Assembly (NCBI GenBank): GCA_951406725.2
Contig: OX597815.1
Span: 110,608,001 to 110,672,000 of the forward strand
Length of the DNA stretch: 64,000 nucleotides
Source of the DNA: Octopus vulgaris
Taxonomy: Eukaryota
Direction: 5' to 3'
The notes under the pieces are model-generated. The model saw nothing but the letters and a program-made list of their open reading frames with translations. It was not told the DNA's origin and ran no database searches. Positions 54,766 through 64,000 of this stretch are shown in pieces. The stretch's first letter is position 1, and each line of letters starts with the position of its first letter. The translations under genes and the position numbers were made by a program.

Positions 54766-54980
54766 AGAGTTTACGAAAAAAACAACAAAAAAGCAAAAGA
54801 CGAAGACAGGTGGTGTGCAAAACAAACAGATGTATTAGTATAACGCTCAGGAATAGAAAAAGTATTTTACGTTTCGCGTCTACGCTCTTCTACAGAAAGG
54901 GACACAGAAAAAACAAGGAGAGAAAAAAATGTGTGTAGTGGCTAACGATCTATCATGGCGACTATCATGGCAATCTATCA
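54762..54980 (-). mobile_element. (TA)n-embedded Penelope pLTR-like short element with a degenerate hammerhead at 54865-54898
   Basis: Minus strand UUU-CUGUAGA-a-GAGCguagACGC-GAAA-CG-UA-AAA; homologous to 23990-24197. Confidence 0.55.
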
Positions 54981-55039
54981 TATATATATATATATATATA
55001 TACACGTGCACACAAACATACATACATAGATTCGTACAT

Positions 55040-55210
55040 GCGATGGGCTTCTGAACAGTTTTGTATTCATAAGATATTAGTACAAATATCTACTCAATTG
55101 ATACTAGTCCACGCAAGGATATAGTAGAAGACACATCGTTTAATGTGTCGCACAGTGAGGTTGAATCTGAAATCAAATGATTGAGAAGCCTACCACTTAA
55201 CCACACAGTT
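55040..55210 (-). mobile_element. Degenerate family-B SINE 5' half (similar relics near 11080, 56600 and 61330)
   Basis: Patchy homology to 38100-38256. Confidence 0.55.
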
Positions 55211-55507
55211 ATATGTATGGGTGTGTGAATGCATGTATTCGTGTGCGTGCGTATGTTTACGGCTTGTGTTTGACACAACAAGCTCAACTAAAGCAAAACG
55301 GGGGCTGTGTTAAAATCAGTGAATTGATAAAATATATACCAGGCTGAAAAAAGTAATAGAGCGGTTGCGATATACAACGTTGCTTTGAATGGACTGCCCA
55401 GCATAGCTGAACGCAAATACTTGAAACTAGAATATTTATAAAGTAAAATTATACCTATATACAGACACTCATATATACGTAGATAGATGTATATGTACGT
55501 GTGTCTG

Positions 55508-55589
<82 letters not shown>

Positions 55590-55807
55590 AATCTATATTT
55601 ACTTACATATAACACACACACACTTATATAATTATATATATATATACACTCATAGACACACAAACACACACGTACATACATACATACATACATACATACA
55701 CATATACGCAAATGAAAAGATATATGCTCTCACACATGCATGTATAAATACATGTGTATGTATATATGTGTGTGTGAGTGAGTATGATGTATGTGTGTAT
55801 GTCTGTG

Positions 55808-55847
<40 letters not shown>

Positions 55848-56777
55848 TGCATACATGTAGTATATACATGGAATATTAAATGATACGTCTTACAACATGG
55901 ATGCGAACATTAGATTCCACAATGAGTGAATATCTATTGATGCAAGGAGACACAAGCACGCGGCATATATTAAAGGTTTACTTTTTATTTTTCCTGTTTG
56001 AAAAACTGTTGCCACGTGTCAAGCCTCCTGAACACCTGGCTTTCTAACTTTTACCACCCACCTGAAAATCTCAATGAACCAACACGGTAAATTCTTAACA
56101 AATATAGTTTTGTTATATTCTGTTTTGTGATGTTGCTGTTTTGCTTTGATCTCAGATCGTAATATTATAGATTCGTTTCCGTTTAATTATGAATGTTCAC
56201 TCGGAAATGTGAAAGAAAATTTGGAATGAAAAAAAAAATTATTTTACGTAATATCTCCTTGGATATCTGTTTGACATTTCTTTCTGGTTTACTAATCTCC
56301 ATACCATTTCCAAAGTCAGTTTTATGGAGTCTTAGAAAAGAGCTTTGTTTACTGACATGAACTGTGTTGTAAACGACTTCAAACAACCAAGAAATAAAAA
56401 GGAATCCTCTTGTTATCGACGATGAGCAATTCCAGATGTTCAATCAACTGAACTGCCTTCTTATTTCCCTATGGTAAAAATAGCTGAGTATTCTAGAAGC
56501 ACGTGTACTCTTAAAGTATCCCTCAGATTATTTTTTTTTTAAATGCATAATGAATTGTGTAACAAGGATGATGCTTTAGATTATAGGTACAATACACTCG
56601 ACGGGTTTCTGTACAGTTTCCGTCTACCAAGTCTCTGTCACAGGGCATAAGCTGATCGGAAATTATAGTAAAGAGCATTTATTTAAATGTCAGTGAGCAG
56701 GATCGAATCCCGTAACCTCCTGACTGCAACGCAAACGTCCAAATCACTCAGCCATGCTTACAGCTACTACTGCTGCT

Positions 56778-57262
56778 GTTACGACCGCTTCATCGCCACC
56801 CATTTCTGGATGAGACTGGCCACTCTGCTTGTCACATCGTCTCAATTCTTATCCACTTGGAGGTCTGGACCACACAAAATCCCAAGCAAATTTATCAGCC
56901 TATCCGTCCAGCGCCCAACAGCGCTGTTGGACGGCATAGACTTGCCTCTCCAGGTACCGAGCTGCAAGCCCACCGACTTGTTCGGGTATAACTTTGCTCC
57001 CGTCAACTTTTCATATTCTTCCAATGATATGTCGACCACCTCGATTTCTGAGATGTACAACACCATCACGGTGATGTATTCTGCATTAGCCGACACAACC
57101 CTTCCGCGTCCCGGTTCGAGCGAGATGCCCCGCAGCAGCTCCAGCTTCTGCAGTAAAGGCTCAAGCGTCAATATGTACAGAAGGGAGGAGAGAGGGCACT
57201 CTTGACGGACCGATCGGGAGATCTGAAACGGTTCCGAGGGGTCGCTATTAATTTTGACCACT
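56778..57262 (-). mobile_element. Tx1/L1-clade RT fragment
   Basis: SVRQECPLSSLLYILTLEPLL...SVGLQLGTWRGK...GPDLQVDKN; homologous to 48950-49380. Confidence 0.85.
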
Positions 57263-57463
57263 CAGCACGAGGCTTGAAATTTTTGGAGACGGAATAAGTT
57301 TGTTACATCGGCCCCAGCACTCGACTGGTACTTAATTTATCGACTCCGAAAGATGAAAGGCAAAGTCGACATCGGTAGAGTTTGAACTCAGAATGTAATG
57401 GCAGATGAAATACCGCTAAGCATTTTGTCCAGTCTACTAACAATTATGTCTGCTCACCGCCTA
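57263..57463 (-). mobile_element. Family-A SINE
   Basis: Homology to other copies. Confidence 0.8.
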
Positions 57464-58661
57464 AACAGATGCAAAAATAATAACAGTAATGATCGCCCTG
57501 TGCCTTTTATAATAATAATATGATATGCCACCCATCGCTCTATTAATAGTAGTATATCTATCCTTAAAATAGGAGTAAGGCCAAGTACTTTCGGAAATAG
57601 TGTAGTGGATTAAACTGGATTCATAAATTATCTTAGCTCGATACGTTAGATAATTGATTCGTATCTAATCTATATAGCTAAGAATTTCGAAAATAATATT
57701 CCATTCTATTCTCGGATTATGTACCAAGATCTCAAATTTGTCACCTAAGGAGTGATCGTAGGAACATTTTAATGCGTATTTCAGTACGGAGGAAAATGCT
57801 GGCATCTTTCCCTCCTCCTGAATTGACCGACAAGACTATTATTAATGGATTGGATGCATACATAACAAAAAGGGAAGACCTACTCCTTTGAATTGTAAAA
57901 CATTGGATATACACTATTAAGAAAGAGATAGGTTATTTCAAGATAGATTTTGACATCTTGGAAACCCCGCCAACCCCAGAAAACGCAGTAACAAGATGTA
58001 AAGGAAAATACGAAACGCAACGGCCAACTTCAGCTGCAGAAAACACAGCACAGGCTCTACCTAAGATGCATGTCGAAAGCAGACGTAGAGTAAACCAAGT
58101 GAAGATACACCAGTGACTTAAGATCAATGGGCTAAAGCAGAGACGGAGCGTCAGATAATCGCTGCATACGGTCGTAGTCTATGAGAGGCTGTTTTGCCTT
58201 TTGACATGTCTATTTTTAATTCCGATGAGTGTCTACATACATTTTCAATGAGTAACTTTGGTCGAGGCAATTTTGTGTCCGTCCATCTAATTCGGTTGGC
58301 AACACGAAATTTACAATGAATTTGGAGCTGCTTCTGTAATCAGTCGTCTCACCATCAGTAAATGTTCCGTTGTTATTGACCTCAATACAGCACACACATA
58401 CACACACTCACACATACATCACCCAGACATACACATACATATGTATATATATATATATATATGCGCAAACACACGTATACATACATATGTGTGTGCGTGT
58501 GTGTGTGTGTGTGTGTGTATGTATAATTTTCAATTACAATCAACTCAGTCAATTTGGAAGAATATCCCAGTAAGCCTTCTGTTTCAAATTATACGTGGCA
58601 GAAAATGCAAGCCAACATTTATGTGTGTAGGTGTGTGTGTGTTTGTATGTGTGTGTATGTT

Positions 58662-58727
<66 letters not shown>

Positions 58728-59534
58728 TGTTTGTGAGTGTTTGTGTGTGTTTGTGTGTGTGTGTGTTCCGGTTTAGTATTGTGAAAAGGTTTGTTGTGAA
58801 TACCAGGGAGCAGCCCTTATTACTGAAATGAAGAATAGTTAAAGAAGGCACCAGCAACCGTTTCTCTTAGAAAAAACTAGGGACTTGAGTTATGTATGTG
58901 TCACGTTTGCTTTACCGATTAGTTACTCAACAGTGTAGTCACTGCTATCGTGGATGGAATTAATTACTAAAAATATGGTATAGATTAACTTTTTTGTACT
59001 CCGTAATTATTTGCTTTCTCAAGTGGTTCGTTATTGGCTCAGGCCTTATCAAATAAGCATTCTACTCGTGTTCTCTATAACGAAGTATTTCATTCTGATT
59101 GGATATTTCTGAATAAGTCTCACCAAAAAAGACACGCTTAGAGGTACATTACAGAGGCAGAAAGAGAAGGAAGAGGAAAATGCAGAAAATTTTCAGAAAT
59201 AAAAAATATGAATAAATGGAACCGTAATAATATTACGTTGGCTTTTAAATGTAGTTTGGTGCATTTCATTTTGTTTGCTCAAAATCGAGCGGTTCCACAC
59301 CAGTGAATGTTTAATATGTTACAAAGGACATATCAGGGAGCAACAACATTTCCGCTTCAGATTAGGTCAATAAGTCTTGAAATTTCAATAGCGGCGTTAT
59401 TGCACTTGATTTACTAAAGAAATTAGGGCTTGCCCTTTAAATAGTACCAATTTGCAGCAAAAAGAAATATGATTAAGGTATATTCATGTTGTAAAAATAA
59501 AATATGACTGTATACATGCACATACATTTTCGCT

Positions 59535-59578
<44 letters not shown>

Positions 59579-59829
59579 CACACACACACACAAATATACA
59601 TTCATACCCACACAAACGCACACATAAAATAGCACAAAAATACAAATGTATAGACACGCAAATGCATGCGCACAAACACACACATAGCTAAAAGTTTCTA
59701 GAGGTGTATAAATATACACACAGGAAAATAGAAAACTAGGAAAATTATGTAATAGCTTTAAGATTATAGACTTATAAACTTATGAAATTTTATTAATACT
59801 GTCTGTAATTTGAAAATCACAAAATTCAG

Positions 59830-60750
59830 TAGTATTGATGCGGCCGCGGCTTTACAGCGGGATATGATAGGTGGCAGGTTCTTATCGGAGGATCTTCAGT
59901 TTTATGAAAGGTGTTTTTCGTAGTATATACACTTCACATGAATCCCAGGGTTTGCAATTAAGTTATTTCTAAATGTGTGCATATTGGGTAGGGTGAGACT
60001 TTTCTCGACTGATTTCCATTTCATATGATCTCAATATTTCCAATGCTTTCCCCTTTATGTTAAAGTTTTATTAAATTTCTTTTGCGGGGCTAGATCCTAT
60101 ACGGAATTCATAAGACATTTCTTTAATAGCTGTATATGAACGATGAACTATGATTATAGATACATGTTTGAATTTACTCTCCATAATATCATTGCATCTT
60201 TGTACCATTCTGGAGCATAGTTTAGTAGAAGTAGCTTAGAAATAAAATGTAGATATGTCATGGTGTTTCTACATGTATATTTATCCCGATATTGTTATCT
60301 GTGAGTTTAATATATAAGCATTTCTATATTGTTAGTGGGGTTTTATTAATTTTTAGGTTATACCTATCAAAGTTTTCTATACGTAGTTTTTGGGAAATTT
60401 TTAGTTAATTAACGACTAGATTCACTCTACTTTGTTTGATTAAACGTTAAGGGAAAAGATTTCATAAACTATATCATATTATGCTGGTTTTTTGTTATTT
60501 TTTCCTTGCTGTGTGCTAGAGACCCAGATTATTTAAATCTACTGGCTTCAGAGCTTCATTGTTGCTTCAGGGCTTTATTGTTACCTAGTACTGCGTTATC
60601 AAATAATTTTATTAGACGTTAAACTGGAGATTCAGTTGCCAAATTTTTAAACAAGCTTTCATACCATATTGGTCGGAGGTAATAGTCAGGGTATATATAT
60701 GCTAGTTTCTCATTTGGCATACTGAAAGATTTATGAAAGTGAGTTATTAA
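59830..60750 (-). mobile_element. Highly decayed Penelope-like element (linker and GIY-YIG region)
   Basis: Fragments LFDNA...ALK, HNMI*F, LITKNFPK..YRK.FDRYNLKI and SKFK....HSSSF recall the PLE RNIIWFNPP...KHFP...KIFN..FK.R..NH..SF region. Confidence 0.5.
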
Positions 60751-61498
60751 GTTTAGAGCTACGTCTAAAGAAAATATACAAAAGATTGATTTTGTGCTAT
60801 CGGTCCTATAATTTCTGTGTAGATTATGTCCCCCTTCTTAGGTGGAGAACGTCGAGTAGACTACATTTCTTGACGTAGGGGGAGCTCTTGAAGACAAGAA
60901 GGATGATTTTTTTGTTATGCATGAGGGTTTCAATATCGCCGTCTTCTGTACTCATTGAAATTGAGTAAAAATCTATTATATCAAATGTATCTCTGTGTAT
61001 ACATACATATAAGTATACATAAATACGCACACATGCACGCACATAATCTCTCTCTGTCTCACACAATCACACACACACACACGCACGCGCACACACACAC
61101 ATACACACACACGTATGTATGTATGAATGAGTGAACGTGTGCATAGATGTATGTTTGCCGAAACAACGGGAACGTGTCACGTTGTCTAACCAATTCAACA
61201 ATGTATTCATTGAATTTTTATGTAAGTGGCTGAGTATTCCAGAGACGTGTACCCTTAACGTAAATTTCAAGGAGAGTCAGCGTGAAACAGTCCGGCAAGA
61301 CTGGACAATTGAAATACAGCTATAGTTCCTCTGACTAGTTTCCACACAGTTTCCACCTCCACAAGTCCTCGCACATGTTTCAAGCGATGATGGTAAAAGC
61401 CAAGATGTCATGCTCTGAGTACGAACCCGGTGCTTCACGACTGTAATATAATCTCCTTAGCTCTTCAGATATGACCACTTCACACGAGTGCTCTCTCC

Positions 61499-61530
<32 letters not shown>

Positions 61531-61679
61531 TACACACTCTCTCGCACACACACACACACATCAACGCACGAAGATAAACACAAATAAATATACGCAAGAG
61601 CACAGGTATGTATATAAGTATGCATGTAAATGAATGTGTATTTTGTATGAGTACGGACAGATAAATACGTGTTTGTGTC

Positions 61680-62138
<459 letters not shown>

Positions 62139-62995
62139 TTGATCTGCCATGTCACCTATACTTTACAAACTATGCGCTATGCAATTACTAATTCATTGCA
62201 AGTATAAATCTAATAAATGGAAATTTCCAACGTAAAACTTCAAGTCGGCGTTCACTGAAAAGTTCAAGTTTTTAGTTCAGGTATTCACCAAAAGTAAGTT
62301 TATTGTTCCATTCTCATATTGTCAAAGGCTATTTCAGTTAAAGGTAAATTGCTCTTATTCCCTTTGTATTTACCCCTTCCTGTTGTTAAATGTATCTTTT
62401 CTTTGATATTTGCAACTACATGACTAACATATAATCCTTTTCTCCTGTTTACTTTGTTATATTTATTTCATCCCTGAATATATAGAAATATTTCCTATTT
62501 TATTTCATACCCACTTTTTTTTTATTCATTTCTTTTATTATACGTTTTATTTTTCTGTAGGTCTTTATTGAATGAAATAAGTGAAATCTTATCTGAAGCC
62601 CTCGCTTGTTAAATAGCTGATGATGAATAAATAACTAATTTCTTCTTCTTCTCCATCTTTTCACTCTTACTTTTTCTACTTCTTCTTTCTGGCTTTCGTT
62701 TTCACATTTATACCATAAGAAATATGCATTGTTTAACGAAAAGGTTGGAGAGAGTGTGAGGGAGAGAATGAGTGTGACTTCCAAAAGGTATTCCTCACTG
62801 GAGAAGAAAGCCTAGAAAGCGATATTGAAGAAGGAAACTCTCTTAACGTGTATATCAATGTAAAAGTGTGGTGACCTGAAGTGGAAACAGTCTAAACAAG
62901 ATTTTTTTATATTTGACCGCTTGAGAACATAAAGCATATCAATAAAATTTCCCTGACGAAATAAATATGCATATACATGTGTGTAGTGTGTATGC

Positions 62996-63028
<33 letters not shown>

Positions 63029-63046
63029 CATACATACATACATACA

Positions 63047-63100
<54 letters not shown>

Positions 63101-63560
63101 AACGTCTATATTCATGTTTGTATGTATGTTGTATGCATGTATGTATGTATTAGCAGCTGTCGTGGGCATATCGATAGAGAATTACTGAATGTACTGATGT
63201 GTGAAAGGTAGCAGGGAAATAAAATACCAATTGAACAGTTTTTGCCCCTCCGTATTACGGACTCACTTGACGTTTATGAATGTTTTCAACACCCTGCTAT
63301 TCTCTATGCATACAATTGTGTACCCTATGGGATACACGCACGCAAGTTTTGTTGGCAGACATCTTTGGACTGTTTGGATGAGTTGCTAATATTTTCCAAC
63401 AGTATGTAAGTGTATATATAAGTATATATGTGTGTGTGTGTATGTGATGTGTGTGTGCGCGTGTGTGTTTGTGTTTGTGTGTGTGTGTGTTTGTAGCTTA
63501 AAGAACCAATAGAGGTAAAATCAACAACAAAAAAATTGCTCCATCCAGTGCGAGTTATCA

Positions 63561-63760
63561 ATTTAAATACACAACCAAAGAGTTAGTAATAGTTTTATGC
63601 TATTATGATAGTTGAACAGGCATATTTATGAAATACGTATTTTAAAGCAATCCCTCAGGCTCTCTTGCTTGAATATACATGGCCTATTTTATAAATATGC
63701 CTGTTCAGGTATCATAAGGGTATGTAACTATTAGTAGCTCTTTCGGTTGCGTATTTCAAT
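63561..63760. mobile_element. 200-bp fold-back MITE (partial inverse copy at ~33475-33585)
   Basis: Arms aaatacacaaccaaagagttagtaatagtt...tgaacaggcatatttat / ataaatatgcctgttca...aactattagtagctctttcggttgcgtattt. Confidence 0.75.
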
Positions 63761-63763
63761 ATA

Positions 63764-64000
63764 TCTCTCTATATATAAAGCTGAAGTTGTCTGTGTATGG
63801 CAGGTTTGGAAGCCTTCAACTAACACTATCTCCTCCGAGACCCTGCGGCGCAAGTTGACTAAAATTGAGAGTATGCTAGAAGAAGGCTAGCTCTTCCTTC
63901 CGTAGAAGAAAAAAATCAAATCTGACCATGTTAACACCAAAAATCATTTACATCAAAAAGGTGCTTTTTTTTCTATGAAAATCCCTATTTTTTTTACGAT
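63764..64000 (+). mobile_element. Helitron-like element 5' end, running off the window
   Basis: A|TCtctctatatataaag...ttgtctgt start resembles the 5' end of the 34135-35092 Helitron. Confidence 0.7.

Noticed and set aside
57796-58117. Plus-strand frame MLASFPPPELTDK... with one internal stop
   Set aside because: No recognisable domain or splice signals; possibly a LINE ORF1 relic but unsupported.
59860-59905. CUGAAGA box at the end of the Penelope relic (also CUGAUGA near 4275, 37045 and 62617)
   Set aside because: No closing stem II, GAAA or stem I could be found, so these are not counted as hammerheads.

Overview
AT-rich eukaryotic intronic or intergenic DNA, dense in microsatellites and transposons. 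The SINE families and repeat landscape suggest an octopus (coleoid cephalopod) genome; this is an inference. I could not establish any complete host protein-coding gene. Elements recognised: a near-intact R4/Dong-type RT+RLE retrotransposon ending in (TAA)n (1-2513), three Tx1/L1-clade LINE copies, CR1, RTE and Penelope remnants, a Helitron deletion derivative with both ends intact, two Chapaev-3 transposase relics, a mariner relic, two mariner MITEs, and many tRNA-derived SINEs from at least four families. The most notable unannotated signal is a set of five type-I hammerhead-ribozyme-like motifs (5309, 9266, 13817, 24053, 54865). They lie in short non-coding cassettes, mostly bounded by (TA)n, and one is enclosed by ~210-bp inverted repeats; they look like a diverse non-autonomous Penelope/retrozyme-like population. 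A few candidate exons with canonical splice sites are reported at low confidence. Most ORFs in the supplied track are microsatellite translation artefacts. All alignments and RNA folds were done by eye.
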